A DNA stretch of 64,000 nucleotides from Camelus ferus (lineage: Eukaryota), in assembly GCF_009834535.1 (NCBI RefSeq), contig NC_045697.1, forward strand, positions 92,506,001 through 92,570,000, read 5' to 3'. Under the pieces are notes generated by a model. That model was not told the DNA's origin and did no database searches. It saw only the letters and a list, made by a program, of their open reading frames with translations. How positions within the stretch are numbered: the stretch's first letter is position 1; every line of letters begins with the position of its first letter. The position numbers and the translations under genes were made by a program. Shown in pieces: positions 13,036-27,268 of the stretch.

Positions 13036-14439
13036 AGAAAAAATTGTATTTAATTTAACTAAGTAATTAAGTACGTTATAAAATCTGTGTAATATTCCTA
13101 GTAATATGTAAATCTACTTTAATTTTATTCTGACTTTCTTTCTGACTCGGAAGTATGTCTCTGGAGTAGAATTATATGACAGAAGGGAGTATTATGAGCA
13201 AAAATACTCATTTACCATCCTGCAAATATGTCCCATTTTGAATAAATGCATGTTTTAAGAATTGATATGAGAGTGTGTTCATATAGGTGAACAGCTACAA
13301 AATTGTGTGTCTGAAATTTTAAAGTTGATGAGTACACCTAATTCACTATTAAGGGTCCAGTCTGAGTAGCACAGTATCTTCCAAATACTAGGGACTTGAA
13401 TTTAAAAACAGAAAATAGGTGAAGATAGTTCTTGGAATGTAGTTGCACAAATAATAAATGTTATATATTTCAGTATTCATGTATAGCTAAGTTTAGGATT
13501 GACTAAATGTAAGTCACAGCAAGATAACAAATCTGACCATAGAAAAATACTCGCTTTCGTTCATCAGTATACAAAGATCTGGCAGCTGTGTCTCTAGTAC
13601 AGAAAAAAAAATTATTTTGAGGAAACAGGCAAATTAGAGGGTTGTATTAGAACTTGCATTTTTGAATCATTTTTTGCCCTAGCTGTAATTGAATTCAACT
13701 TCAAATTCTGAGCTAGTTTATACTGATACTTTCATTTAATTAAAATAACAAGTGCAGAAAATTGCATTTAATATCTCAAATCAATGAATGTTAAATGCTC
13801 CCAAAGTGCAAATATTCATAAGTTCAAAGCCCATATTTATAAATAGTAACATACCAACTTATACAGAGAAGTTGGACATTAAAATTTTCATGATCATTGG
13901 TATATCAATGTTTGAATATCTAATAGTGAACTATTATTAATTACTTAGCTGCATTACCTTGCGTATTAGCCAGATCTGTTAGTTCAGACAAACATGTTTT
14001 AACATATATAAATGATTGGTAGGTTACTAGGGCAACTTTGCATTTTATTTTATCCTTTTTCACTAAAAGCATTCTGAAGTTCAGTCCAGAATAGGTAGCC
14101 ATTTGATTGTTTTGACTTGTCGTACGACTCAAATTTATGTTCTCTCATTCAGGTATATTCTCTTCTTTTTACCTGAAAATATCCAGTTTTAGAGTCATTC
14201 AACAACTCAAATCAGCAAATCCTCTAAAGAACAAGGAGAATTTTACTGAGCATCACAGAGGCACACTTGGAGAAATATGAAGTGACAGAACAAGATATTC
14301 TACAGTAAGGAGGGAGAAAGTAATGTGAGAATTTTCAAAATAAGTCACAAATAGATGTAGGAACAGAATTGGTTAACAAGACATGTTTTCAAATAACACC
14401 AGCATCTATCTCTTTTGTTGTACTGTGTGGAAGGCAGTA

Positions 14440-14760
14440 CAGTCCTCCCTTGGTATCCACCAGGGTTTGGTTCCAGGGCCCTACCCTACTTCAGATACCA
14501 AATTCCAAGAAAGCCCAAGACCCTTATTTAAAATGGCGTAGTATTTGCATATAACTTACACACATCCTCCTGTATATTTTAAATCATCTCTAGATTACTT
14601 ATAATACCTAATACAATATAAATGCTACGTAAATAGTTGCCGGCATGCCAAATTCAAGTTTTGCTTTTTGGAATTTTCTGAAAAATTTTTTTTCTGAATA
14701 ATTTTGATTCATGGTTGTTTAATCCACATGTTCCCAATCTGTAGAAACAAGGGCCTAATG
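14440..14760. mobile_element. MER2/MER2B non-autonomous Tigger DNA transposon
   Basis: TA|CAGTCCTCCCTTGGTATCCAC ... AAGGGCCTAATG|TA with TA target duplication; internal ATCATCTCTAGATTACTTATAATACCTAATACAAT. Confidence 0.9.
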
Positions 14761-14784
14761 TATATTATATTGATTACAAGACTG

Positions 14785-14995
14785 AGGTTTAAAGCCAGTA
14801 CAGCAAGGGTTTAAATCCTGACTCTACCAAAAAATATCTTGGGCTAATTGATCTCTTGTGCCTTGGTTTCTTCATATATAAAATGGGGTTAATGACTGCA
14901 CCTACTTCATGAAGTAAATATTATTTAATTATATAAAGTAATACGAAAATATCTAAGAAAAGTGCCTGGCATGTAATATGTCCCTAATAGTTATC
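14785..14995 (+). mobile_element. MIR SINE
   Basis: GGGTTTAAATCCTGACTCTACC, core GTGCCTTGGTTTCTTCATATATAAAATGGGG and tail AGTGCCTGGCATGTAATA. Confidence 0.8.
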
Positions 14996-17194
14996 TCCAA
15001 ACAGTATGTGTTCCTTCTGACATATATTTAGAGTAAATATTTTCATTTAAAAAAATGTTTATAAGGCTTGCCATGACCATATTTTTTCTTGACCATCCTT
15101 ATTTTCTATTTTATATATTCCTAAGAAGTATCCTGAAACCATAGCTGCATAAGGAGTCCCATTGGATTCCCAAGGCTGGTGCTCACTTGTATACCATTTT
15201 GACTGGAATCTTCTTTTTTGAAGTATCATGGTTACTTTCATAAGAGAGAGGATCTAATAACAAAAATCATGACATAGTATTTACTAAGTCTTGAATAGCT
15301 ACATGATTGTGCCAACATTTGCATAGAGATTTTTCCAAAGATATTCATGCCCAAAGCCTAATCATGTGAAATCCAAGGAAATTTTATGTAGACCAAATCA
15401 AGGAAAATATAGGAAAAAAAATCTAACTCAAAATATATATTATTGAAGAAAAGTGTAACATAGGACTTGATTGAATTCAGTTAAGGGTAAAAAATAGATA
15501 TATTCTAAAGTCCTTATTATCTACTTTAATCCTCTTTGAAAATATTAATTTTAGGTATCAGTTAGCTTCATTAGATCTTCCCAGATGTCATATCATTTCT
15601 AGTTCATTTCTGATTACTCATTTTTGCTCATTATTTATTAAATACATGTTTCCTGAGAAATAACTCTGTGTTCTGGATTACTCTAGACTTTGGCTTGTAT
15701 CTGAAAGAAAAAAATCCAGATTCCCTTTTATTCTTTGCCTTATATGTCTCTTTATATTAATGCATAAGATCCTCCAGTAGTTTTACATGACTCAGCATTG
15801 TTGCATTGTTATTTTGTATTGGGTCAAATTAACCACACGTGAACAGCTTTTAAAAACTATGCCTCAAGAGTTGTCAAGCTATTAAATATTTTTCTATTAT
15901 AAGGACTAAGAATTGTTCACTGCAGAGAATAAAGTACCACTTTTGCATATATTACACAAACATTTTATGCTTCATGAAACCACAATAAATTTTCATGCTG
16001 ATTACTCGTGTAATCTAAGGATCTCCTGCTGCTTTATAGAGAGTCTTATTAATTTCATTCAAGTAGTAAAATTAGCACCTGTAGAGAATTCTTTAAGATT
16101 TCTTAACTTTTATCATATCAGTAGTAACCTACTTCATTTCTCATAGAGCTGTTGATTTTTTCTGTCCTCCTATCTATTTAGCTTTGGTGTTCTTTGCATT
16201 TAGGTTTTTTTTTTTTTTTTAAGAAAACAGCATTGGATACAGATTATAATAGCAAGAAACCTTAGCCTTCAACTCAGTTACATTTAAATAAATCAGGCTC
16301 TGAAGTTAGCAAAACATTCCAGTCTTAAAAAGAAGAAAATTTACTTTTCCTTTGAAGGATAACCAACTTGGATACAATGTAACAGAATTATGGGGTATTT
16401 ATTGAATAGTATAATGCTGGCCTGAGTGACTTAATTAACTCTCTTTTTGCCACCATTTGAAAGAAACTGAGGCACAACAAAACATTATTGTGTCTCTTTT
16501 AGAAGTATTTCATATTCAATGCATTTATGTTCATTTGGCTGCACACATATTTGAAATGAGCCTGAGTATTCTCTGAGGCTTCTTTGTTCCTTATTGGATA
16601 CTGCATTCCAGCACTGGAACTGCTGAAGCAAAGGCATGAGGATGTATTCAGTGGTGCAGCTTGAATCAGTGGGAAATGTTGAAGTTTCAGGAATAAATTA
16701 ATTTGGGTGGAGAATGGTCTGCATGGTAGAGAAAAAAACATACTTCTTACTGAATTCCTATTGCTAAACTATATGCTGGGTGATTTCTATAAAGTTCCTC
16801 ATTCATCCTGAATATCATGGAGTCTAAGGAACGTGGCTTAGTTTGCTCAGCTTGTTTTCTTCCAAGGCAGTATTCAAACAGGGTAGCATGAAGCCTAAAC
16901 TCATGCTTTTTCTGATACAAAAGCATATTGTTTCTAGAGAAGAAGGAAATTGCCTCAGGGAAAACTGACAGGGAGTTACATTTTATGTGGCCTCCCAAAT
17001 AAAGAGTTGGCTTGTTTTCTTGTCTTTCTTTCCTCCTCTTTTCCTCCCATTGCTCTACCTTCCTGTCTTTTTACCTTACTCATAGTTTTTGTTTGATTTC
17101 AGTCAAATTCCCTCACATCTTTATGCTGAAGTGAAGAAGCGATGTGTGCATAGACTATACCCAAAATGTGTAAACTGAGAAATATACAATAAAG

Positions 17195-17870
17195 CATGGA
17201 AGCTGCAGTCAGAATGCTTGTGTGTAAATCCCAGCCTTAATTCTTATTAGCTTCATGATTTTTGAGCACAATGTAGCATCTTGATGAAGCAAAATTATTT
17301 TTAAGTCAGGACAAGAAAAAAGTTAAAATTTTATCTGCTGTTTGAGCCACTGTGCATTGTACGACTACATTACACATTAACTAGATCCATTTAGAAGACA
17401 CAGGAATGCCTACTCACCAAAACACCAAAGAGCAAATAATTTTCTCCTGGAGCCAACAAGGTAACTCTTTAGGAGATAACATTCCTTTCTTAATCCTGTA
17501 AGGGGTCATGATGACCCGGTACTTGCCTCCTTGTACTGTGTTAACTGTCAGTATGTTACTTTGATGTATAACCTTTTGTCTCAAAAACTTCAATAAATGT
17601 ACTTTGGCCTCTGATGGGTGGAACAGTCCTCAGAGCTTTCTTTCAGTCCTCAGAGACTTTCTCCTGAGTTATAATCCTCAGGTTGGCTCTAATAAAAGTT
17701 TTTGTTTCTTTCTTAGATTGACTTGATTAATTTTTCATTAACAACCTCTTCACAAATACTCTTCTGTAAGATGAGGAAAGTAAGAGTTACTACTTAATAG
17801 CACTGTGTTAGAATTGAGTTAATATACTCTAAAGTTTAGTATGGAATCTGCCACTTAATAAGTGCAATAT
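17195..17870 (+). mobile_element. MIR split by an LTR (parts ~17195-17281 and ~17744-17870)
   Basis: 5' part GTAAATCCCAGCCTTAATTCTTATTAGCT; continuation ACCTCT...CTGTAAGATGAGGAAAGTAAGAG...GCCACTTAATAAGTGCAATA after the LTR. Confidence 0.65.
17282..17743 (+). mobile_element. ERV1-class solo LTR
   Basis: TG...CA termini, AATAAA near 17691, 4-bp flanks ATCT/ACCT (TSD with one mismatch); interrupts a MIR. Confidence 0.75.
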
Positions 17871-18234
17871 ACTGTGTAATATTTCATAAAACAAACTATG
17901 TCTTACTGCTTTTACTCTTTCATGTTATCCCTCTATCTTAGCACCACACATGTCCTGGATAAACTTCCCTGAGTTATCTCTTTAAGGAATTGGCCTCCAT
18001 TCCTTCTTTTCTATCATTCCCAATTTGTCCTTCAGGGAGACATATTCTGTAGTATGCTTGCTCTACTTCTTCTATTGATTTGGACCTGAAATTTATTCTC
18101 ATTTAGTAAGCTTCTATCTCACAGGTCACATATATCCTTTTTAATACTTTTCCTTCTCTCTCTCTGTACTCTCATCATTTCTTTGCTAGAAACTTCCCTT
18201 TCTTCATCTTTTCACTTGCCTATAAGACCTCAAA

Positions 18235-18550
18235 GTATATATATTCAGTAGACAATTGGTTATAGATTTCTGGAGCTTTGAATAGAGGTCATTACTGAAG
18301 CTGTAGTTTTAGGAGATTCAGGCATATCATTGGTAACTGAAGCCATGAGTATGGATGAGTGAACACTTAGGTGGGAAAAAAAGAGTGCTTGAGTGACTAA
18401 AAGTCACTGAATATGTAAAAACCTGAGAAGTAAGGGTGATACATGGAAGTTCATGTGACTTTTTCAGATGTACACCTTTAAATGCTGCCGAGAGGTTAAG
18501 CAATATGAGAGTGAAGACACAATCCATTACACTTAGTGACATGGTGTCTA
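18235..18550 (-). mobile_element. L2 fragment
   Basis: GGTAACTGAAGCCATGAGTATGGATGAG and AAATGCTGCCGAGAGGTTAAGCAATATGAGAGTGAAG are typical antisense L2. Confidence 0.7.
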
Positions 18551-19279
18551 GAGATAAATTGCCACCTGTTTATTGTCTGTCTCTCTGTTTCAGTTTAAGC
18601 TCCCACTGAGAAGGTTGGAGGAGTTGGGACTTAGAATATAGGTAAAGGAAGTGGCCTAAAACCAGAGGAATGGCGTCTCTAATACTGCAACAGGAGAAAT
18701 GGAGTAACAGTTGAATATACACTATTGTGGTTTTATGAGAAATAGAAGACAGTTGAAAAGGGACACTTGCAAAGAGTGGAGAAGGTTTGACATTCTTATT
18801 GAGAAAGTGAGATAATTATTACAGTAACAAGGGAACTAATAGGAGGTGACTAAAGATCAGTTCAGATTAATAGTTATGATGAAGATCAGTGGTGGTCTTG
18901 ATCTTTTGGCACATGAATGTTCTCTACAGTAATCATCTGTCCAATAGCTGACAGAGGTGAAGAGTTTCCTTCAGGGATGAATGGTGCTAGGTTTGTTTGG
19001 TTAAGGTTAATTTGAGAAAAAAAAAAAGATCTAATGTAAATAAAAGCCAATTTAAATTTTGAACCTTACCTTTTTCTCTTCTAATTACTTGTCTCAAAAC
19101 AGTATTGTTTCCCATATTCTAAATTTACATTTTATTTAAACGGTAAGTTACACTGGTAATTTTTCAGACCAGTTTTCTAGCTACTATTGCTGTGTGATAA
19201 AATACCCTTACAACTTAATGGCAAAAAATAACTCTTTTATCATGTACATGAATTCTGTACAGGAATTCAACCAGGAAAC

Positions 19280-19782
19280 TATAAAAGGAAAATTGCACTC
19301 AACACTTGTTAAAAAAGGTCAAGAAAGACTTTGTTCAAGACTATTACAGTAGGAGTTAAGACTATCACAATAGGGAAAGAGATTAAACTCAACTCCACTG
19401 AAACAAAAGGCAGGACAATTTTTTAATGCTGGGGTGAGCTAATGGAAGAGTATAAGAGGACACTGGAGGAAGGTGGGGCAATGTGATTAGACCATCTGTG
19501 TTTGCTCATTGTAATTTGTTGACGTTAGACTCCTACACTCCCACAAAGAATCAGCGACAGGGGTAATATCGCCTTCAATAATTGCATTCAAAGGGATAGC
19601 TCCTAGGCCCTTGATAAAGACATTTTTGGGTTGTAGAAGATTTACTTCTCAAAGAAGCAAGATTTATAATTGAAAGTTTTCTGAAGTAAATACTCTAAGA
19701 AAAGGGAAGTCAGGGACCTATCATCAGAAACCTGTCTAAAGTTTAGTCAAATTGAGGGGAACTTTAATTGCTTCCTTGGTCA
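19280..19782 (-). mobile_element. MER31-like ERV1 solo LTR, preceded by an MLT1 fragment (~19170-19279)
   Basis: AAAATTGCACT...AGAGATTAAACTCAACTCCACTGAAACAAAAGG...GTGATTAGACCATCTGTGTTTGCT...CTTGGTCA match recalled MER31 consensus. Confidence 0.75.
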
Positions 19783-21579
19783 ACAAGTGGGTGAGCTTAA
19801 TTATTTGATTTGAAGAAATAGTGTGGATGTAAATATTCAGACATAAGTATGCATTGGTAACTGCTTTGGGGAAAACAGAAAACTAGGTGGTAAATACATA
19901 TGAGTAGTAGTTAGTAGGTAGAAATCCCACTTCTCTTTGAAATCTGTATAATCCGTGACATAATAGAGATAGTCTTCTATAAACCTGTATAGTAATAAAG
20001 TAGCATATATTAATTCTTTTTCAGTTGTGCAGATTTTATATATATATTATGCATTATACTGTAGAAGAATCCAACTCTTGCATCCTAACAAATCTTATTT
20101 TATTGGAAAACATATGAGAAGGTAACATATGGTGTGTACCCCACAATTAAAATAACAATTCAAATTTTATATATTTTGATAAAACTTTTCACATATTTGT
20201 AAAATAGTCTAAATTCACAAGCAATGAGAATTTTAGATTTTCAGAAATGTCAGTTAAACTGTTCTTGAGAATATATGTATAGGAGTTTAAATTTATGCTA
20301 TTTATAATCAGATTTATGGTCAGGTTTTGAGTCAGGTTAGATTTAGCCACAAATTTTCTAATCGCCTATGTAATTATAATGTAAAGAGTGAATTCTAGCA
20401 CAGCATGAATGAGCTGAAAAGTTGGTCATATTCCCGCTTCTGTGGTGTTATGATGGAATGGATGCTTGTAATTGCTTTTGATGAAAGTCAGTGATGTGGC
20501 AATGCAGAAACCAGAAGTTGTGATAGAAAGAGCTACTAATAGACACTTAAAATTTTTTTGATAATTAATATCCTTTTTGTTGTTCAATTTGTTGCATTTT
20601 CAGTTTTGCTTCAGCCTGGATAACGTAATGAGCCACATATTTTGCTACTGTTGACAAAAACAGAGTTCAGATATGGTACCATAAGAGCTCAAAAACTTTG
20701 CATCTGTTTAAAATGTACTTAAGTAGAAGCTTTCTCCAGAAAATTTCAAGAATGTAAGATGCCATGAAATTGTCACCATGGGGGAGAAAATAAACCCGAT
20801 AATTTATCAAGGATACACATTATCTTTCTAATTATTTTGCAAAGTGATCAGTTTTAATTCCAGATTGTTTGCACATCAGGTAGGATGTCTGTATCATTTT
20901 GTAGAATGAAAAACTGCATGAGACTCAAACTACGTAAATATATGTGAAATAATCTCACTGAATTGGCATTTCAATTATTTGACCATTATCACAAATGTCA
21001 GAATGATCTGATGCCACATAAATAGTAATAAAAATATCCAGATATCAATATAATTATACATATAAATGCCTATTCTTTCCATCTGCACACAATATATATG
21101 AATATGTTATTTGTTAATTCCTACAAAAATTGATATCACTTTTTCTCTCTAATGGCATATAGTATAATTTTACATTTACTTATGACAAGTCAAGCAGAGG
21201 GAAAAAAACTATGAAACTTATCTAAAAATAATATGGCCAAATTGAGCTGTGTCAAGTAGCATCAGCGATCAGCGGTAAGTTAGCTTAATAACTGACTAGT
21301 TTTCCACTTCCATTGCATGCACATGCATAAACTATGAATCACTGGAGCAGAATTTATGTACACAGGAAGAATAAATATTCATTGGATTAAAAGCAAAACA
21401 CAAACTAGAAAAATCTCAGATATCAAAGTAACTCATTGAGACTTGAATCCAGAATAAACCTCTACACTAAAATAATTAGCTACATCTCAATGTTAATTTA
21501 GTGCTATGTTGTATAGATTTAGTTTTACATGCACTGATAGCTAAGTAGTATCTTTTAAGTCATCTAGATTCCTTGTCCC

Positions 21580-21675
21580 CATTCTTTCTTTCTTCTTCTA
21601 CTCCCCACCATCTTCCTTTGCCTCCTCTTCTTCTCCTTCTTCCTTGTCCTGCATCCTCTTTTTTCCTCTTCTTAT
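21580..21675. repeat. CT-rich low-complexity tract
   Basis: Polypyrimidine (TTC/CTT/CCT)n-like run. Confidence 0.8.
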
Positions 21676-23588
21676 TCAAAAAGTGAACATGCTATCACAT
21701 ACACAGATGACGAGAAAACCTGATCAACTCAGTAGTGGCCAAATCAAATACACTTAAAATGTTCAATTTTGCTTAAATTTGCCTGAGAAATGATGGACTT
21801 ATTTCACTTTAATTACTTTGACATTGCAAATATCAGGATTTAGGGGCATTAAAATAGTCTTAAAATAAAATTAACTTTTTAAAAATTCAACCGAAAATCA
21901 AGCCTGACCAGTAATAACTCAGGCTTTTTTTTTTTTTCTATTTTTGAAGTAGCAGTATTGCATTAACAACATTTTCAAATTTTAATCAAAAGTAAAAACA
22001 TAAAACTCATTGTATTCCTAAATACTGTACAGGGTGTCATATCACAGTGAGTCTGACAAGAGTTTTGAGCTAATGCCAACTTGTTAATCAACTAGATGAA
22101 CAAGAGGACGGAAAGCTCAGGGAGCTCAATATAACGTACTGCTTATCAAGTATACTGAGTAGTAACATAGTAATTGCAATGAATGCATGCATTTCTCTGA
22201 TTTTTTTTAATCATTTAGTAGTAATTTCAGCCTTACATATAATGTGTCTTTAGGCTCCAAATACATATGATATATTACAGGTGGAAGTGAAGTCAGTGCA
22301 GTTAATAAAAGTGTTCTCGTGAAAAATAAAAGCCAATCTCTGATAATTGAACTATCCAGAAAATGCATATAAAGCATTTTGTTCTTGCATTGTATAGAGT
22401 TTTTCATCTCTCTTCTATATGAGAAGGTGTTTACAAACATGGTAGTGCTGTCTGAATTACCAGATATATGAAAGAATATTAAAAAAAAACATTGTCGGTA
22501 TACTAATTTACTCAGAATGTAAAATAAAATACATATCTACAGAGAAGAAATAAATTACTGAGAAATGACAGTAACTTTTAACCTCATCATTATTTAAATC
22601 TTTAAATCCAGTTTTCTTCTGTTTTTTCTATTTCAATTACTTTGTATCCCATTTGGATTTCATGAATTAAGTAATTTATTTTTATTTGGGGGGGTCAAAG
22701 GTGCTGGTTGTCTCTGCTCTTAGTATGATAGAACATTTATGTCTCAATGGCAATATTTAAACATAATAACTTTATAGAATTGAATCTTTGCTTGAGAAAA
22801 TTTATTCCACAAAATAAATTATTCTTCTAGTTTATAGACTAACATGGGTAGAAAGTGAATTAAGGCCTCCATAAAATGTCGTACTTGTGGTATTCTTTGC
22901 TGCTAGCATAAGAGCTTCCATTTTGTCAGCGTAGAGATTAGGTCATCTCTTTTGCACACCAGCTAGTATCCTAGTAATGAACAATAATACAAGAAGTCGA
23001 TTCTGACAAGCTGGTACTCTGTAAAGAAAATAGTGGTCTGTTTGGATCATATTATTATATTGAAACAAGGGAAAATGCAAGACTTCTTCCACTAGTATTT
23101 GTTTCTCAAGTTTTACTAATTAATATTCTCGTTTTAGTGGGGAAGATTCTAGGAAATACATTTAGTTGGGATGCTATGCTAAACAACTTATACATGACAA
23201 TTTATTTGTTGAATTAAACATACAAAGCATAACATTACAAAGTTAAAGATATTAAGCATTTTCTTTTGTACTTCTAGATATGGGCATAAATAAGATGTTA
23301 TTCCTTTGAAAGATTTGAAACATAAGTCAGACTTACCAGCATTATGGCCTTCAAGATATCCCCTCTTCTAATGAATTTATTAATGAATTTTCTTAACATC
23401 CTTTTAAAATAGTGAAAAATGTGTAATAGTAGACCGTAAAAAATAAAACCTATTTATCACTACACTGACAGTCAGTGTTTCCTTTGCTGTTACATAATTA
23501 AATACGACACTATTTTGTTCAAACAAGTAATAAAACAAGTAATAAAATGATACATTTAAACAAATATTCCCTATTTTAAAATTAATAT

Positions 23589-23673
23589 TACATATATATA
23601 CATATATATATATATGTATATATTATATATGTATAATATATATATATATATATATGTATATATATGTGTGTAT
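23589..23673. repeat. (TA)n-rich microsatellite
   Basis: Interrupted TA run. Confidence 0.9.
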
Positions 23674-23948
23674 GAATCTTAATTGCATCAGATTTCCAGG
23701 AGACCACAGAAAATATATGACCATGTGAACATAAGAAAATGAGAACAAATAAATAGAACTGTTGGTATCAATGCCCTAATTATTATCATCTTGGCAATAA
23801 CATAAAAGTAGGAAATTTTGTTAATTTAGAGCACTTATCCTTTGGATCTAACCTTTCCTTGGGATGCCCTGCTTTTCAAGCACTAACTCTATTTTAAGTC
23901 ATGATGAGAAAGACTTCCTTAGACTTCTTTGCTCCAGTATTATTGTTC

Positions 23949-24769
23949 TTTTTTTTTTAATTTTTTTTACTGAGTTATAGTCATTTTACAATGTTGTGTC
24001 AAATTCCAGTGTAGAATACAATTTTTCAGTTATACATGAACATACATATATTGTCATATTTTATTTTGGTGTGAGCTACCACAAGATCTTGTATACATTT
24101 CCCTGTGCTATACAGTATAATCTTGTTTATCTGTTCTACATTTTGAAATCCCAGTCTATCCCTTCCCACCCCCCACCACCTTGGCAACCACAAGTTTGCA
24201 TTCTATGTCTATGAATCTGTTTCTGTTTTGTATATAAGTTCTTTTTAAAATTTTTTTTAGATTCCACAGATGAGCGATCTCATATGGTATTTTTCTTTGT
24301 CTTTCTGGCTTACTTCACTTAGAATCACATTCTCCAAAGACATCCATGTTGCTGCAAATTGCATTATGTTGTCAGTTTTTATGGCTGAATAGTATTCCAT
24401 TGTATAAATATACCACATCTTCTTTATCCAGTCATCTGTTGATGGACATTTAGGCTGTTTCCATGTCTTGGCTGTTATAAATAGTGTTGCTATGAACATT
24501 GGGGTACAGATGTCATTTTGAAGTAGGGTTCCTTCTGGATATATGCCCAGGAGTGAGATTACTGGGTCATATGGTAAGTCTATTCCTAGTCTTTTGAGGA
24601 ATCTCCATACTGTCTTTCACAGTGGCTGCACCAAACTGCATTCCCACCAGCAGTGTAGGAGGGTTCCCTTTTCTCCACAGCATCTCCAGCATTTGTCATT
24701 TTTGGACTTTTGAATGATGGCCATTCTGACTGGTGTGAGGTGATACCTCATTGCAGTTTTGATTTGCAT
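23949..24769 (-). mobile_element. Young 5'-truncated L1 (ORF2 C-terminus, 3'UTR, poly-A)
   Basis: ORF 24257..24499 ([30 protein letters not shown]...RSLICGI) is the ORF2 C-terminus. Poly-T at the left end. TSD CAGTATTATTGTTC at 23935-23948 and 24770-24783. Confidence 0.97.
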
Positions 24770-25304
24770 CAGTATTATTGTTCCTATTCTTCCATATAAT
24801 CTCTGTGTTTAATTGAAAAGTGTCAGTAAGCCTGCCCTCCCCAAAGTGCCCCACAGTTTGCTTAGATTGATGATTGGGAAGGTTCATTTTCTTGCTTGAA
24901 AGAAGAATGATCAAAAACAGGTTTATAATTTACTGAGTTATCTGAGGATTAAAAAAGTTACTTTTTGTAAATAGCCACAGATGAATTATAGAACTCAGAC
25001 AGTGTCTGGGATTGATATTTCAGACAATGTTAGAAACCAGAGGAAGGTTTTGATTTTTAATGGCCGGTGACACAAGAATGCCCACACCTTCCCTGACAAG
25101 TACAGGCTGCGTGTAGGGCTGTTGAGGAAGCTATAGGCATGACACAGAAAACAAATTGGAAACAAGATACTGTTTCATTATCTTTGAGGTATTGATATTT
25201 TTGTGGGAAGAATTCAATACAGAGCTTTTTAAAGCTGAGTTGGGTATGTATCTTAGGCCAAAGGCTCAAACATGACCTTCAATCACAAATGTCACAATCT
25301 AAGC

Positions 25305-26255
25305 TTTTTTCTTCCAGTTTTATTGAGATGTAATTGATATACAACACTGTGTAAATTTAAAGTGTAAAACTTAATAAGTTGACATATGTATATATTGCAG
25401 AATGATTACAGTAAATTTAGTTAACATCTGTTACCTCATATATTCAGAATTTTTTTCTTTATGATGAAATCTTTTAGGATCTACTCTCTTAGCAGCTTTC
25501 ATATATAGCATAGAGCATTGTTAACTATAGTCATCATGTTGTACATTACATTCCTAGTACTTATATATCTTATAACTGGAAGTTTGTATCTTTTGACCAC
25601 CTTCATCCAATTCTCCCACTCCTTACCCCCTACCTCTGGCAATCACAAATCTGATCTCTTATTCTGCATTTTCTCTGAGATTCTGAGAAATTCTGATTCC
25701 ACATGTAAGTAAGATCATATAGTATTTGTTTTTCTTTATCTAACTTATTTTACTTAGTATAATGCCCTAAAGGTCCATTCATTTTGTCACAGATGGTAAA
25801 ATGTCCTTCCTTCTTATGCCTGAATAGTATTCATTGTGTACATACACCACTTCTTTTTTTCCCAGTTATCTGTTGATGGATACTTAGGTTGTTTCCACAC
25901 ATTGCCTTTTGTAAATAATACTGCAGTGAAAATAGAAGTTCAGATATCTCTTTGACAAAGTGATTTCATTACCTTCAGGTATATACCTCGAAGTGGAATT
26001 GCTAGATCATATGGTATTTCTATTTTTAATTTTTTGAGGCACCTCCATACTGGTTTTTATAGTGACTGTACCAGTTTGCATTCTCACCAACAGTGCACAA
26101 GGTTTCCCTTTTTTCCATATCTTTGCAGGCATTTATTTGGAAAAATATCTGTTCAGATCCTTTGCCTACTTTTAAGTTGAATTACTCAGTTTTATGCTCT
26201 TGAGTTTTATGAGTTCTTTATATTTTGGATATTAACTCTTATCAGATACGTAATT
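25305..26255 (-). mobile_element. Older L1 (L1MA9-like) 3' end with internal deletion near 26135
   Basis: Antisense L1 3'UTR and ORF2 C-terminus (GTGGAATTGCTAGATCATATGG, TTCTCACCAACAGTG), then a jump to TTTGGAAAAATATCTGTTCAGATCC. Confidence 0.88.
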
Positions 26256-26374
26256 GATAGTAATGCAAATTTGAAGTTAACGATAAAGACACCTTTTAAG
26301 CTTTATTTTTTCTGCCCAGGATTACTTTCTTCCTTTTTTTGATGTTTAGGATTAATTGTACTAATGTTCCAATT

Positions 26375-26845
26375 TTCCAGTAACTCCTCTATCAGTGCCC
26401 TTCACACTATAACTTTGCAGCTCCTCCCATCAAATAAGCAAAGTCTCGTTCTCTATCTCTGAATCTGGACTTGCCTGGCAAACAGAATGCAGGAGATCTG
26501 ACAAGCCAGTTTCACAATAGACCTCAAGAGGCTTGTCCACTTTCCACTTCCTCCTGTAAGTACCTGCCCCTGCCATGAGAACAGGTCCAGACTCTCCTAT
26601 TGGAGGATAAGATACCTCATGGAGCAGAGCTGAGTCATAACACCCAAGACCGTCTTACATGACTCAGATCCACTTGACCCAACAGATAACTGCAGACATA
26701 AGAAAAAGCACAGTTTAGATTAGCTGAATCAGGTTGTGATAGATAATCACCCAGATGTCTATAGACTTAAAAGAAATAATAAATGTTTGTTTTAAGCCAC
26801 TAATTTTCCGAAAGTTTCATTACACATAAATAACTAAATGATATA
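26375..26845 (+). mobile_element. MLT1 (MLT1G/H-like) LTR
   Basis: CTTTGCAGCTCCTCCCATCAA, AGACCTCAAGAGGCTTG, GCCATGAGAACA and the end AATAAATGTTTGTTTTAAGCCACTAA...TAACTAAATGATATA. Confidence 0.8.
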
Positions 26846-26849
26846 ATTG

Positions 26850-27268
26850 GATGCTTAACTCCTCATTCCTTTGTACTACCTATCCCACATGAGATGGTTG
26901 AGGCTTCTCTGTTTGGCCTCTAGTGAAATAGTGGACACTAAAAGGCATGGTCAATCAGAGCAGGCTAAGCCCGAGTCTACGTGTTTGGGGAATGGACCAA
27001 AGCGGGGCCAGCATTTTACCAGAAACTTCTCACCATAGTTTTTAGAAAAGTCTTCTCTTTTTGATAGGCTGATAAATCAAATTGATAGTGGCAATCTAAA
27101 AGACAAAGAGTGTATCCATGACAGAACTCTCAGAACATCATTGGGACTTTGGATTTGCTTTACCTGAAATCAGTACTTTTTGATTAGATAAGTCAATTTT
27201 ATTTTTAATTTTAACTGAAGCAATATTGTTTGGGTTTCCACTACAATAAAAAATGCCTAGGTAATACA
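26850..27268 (+). mobile_element. Degraded MLT1-type LTR
   Basis: Ends TTTGGGTTTCCACTACAATAAAAAATGCCTAGGTAATACA; internal GGTCAATCAGAGC. Confidence 0.45.
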
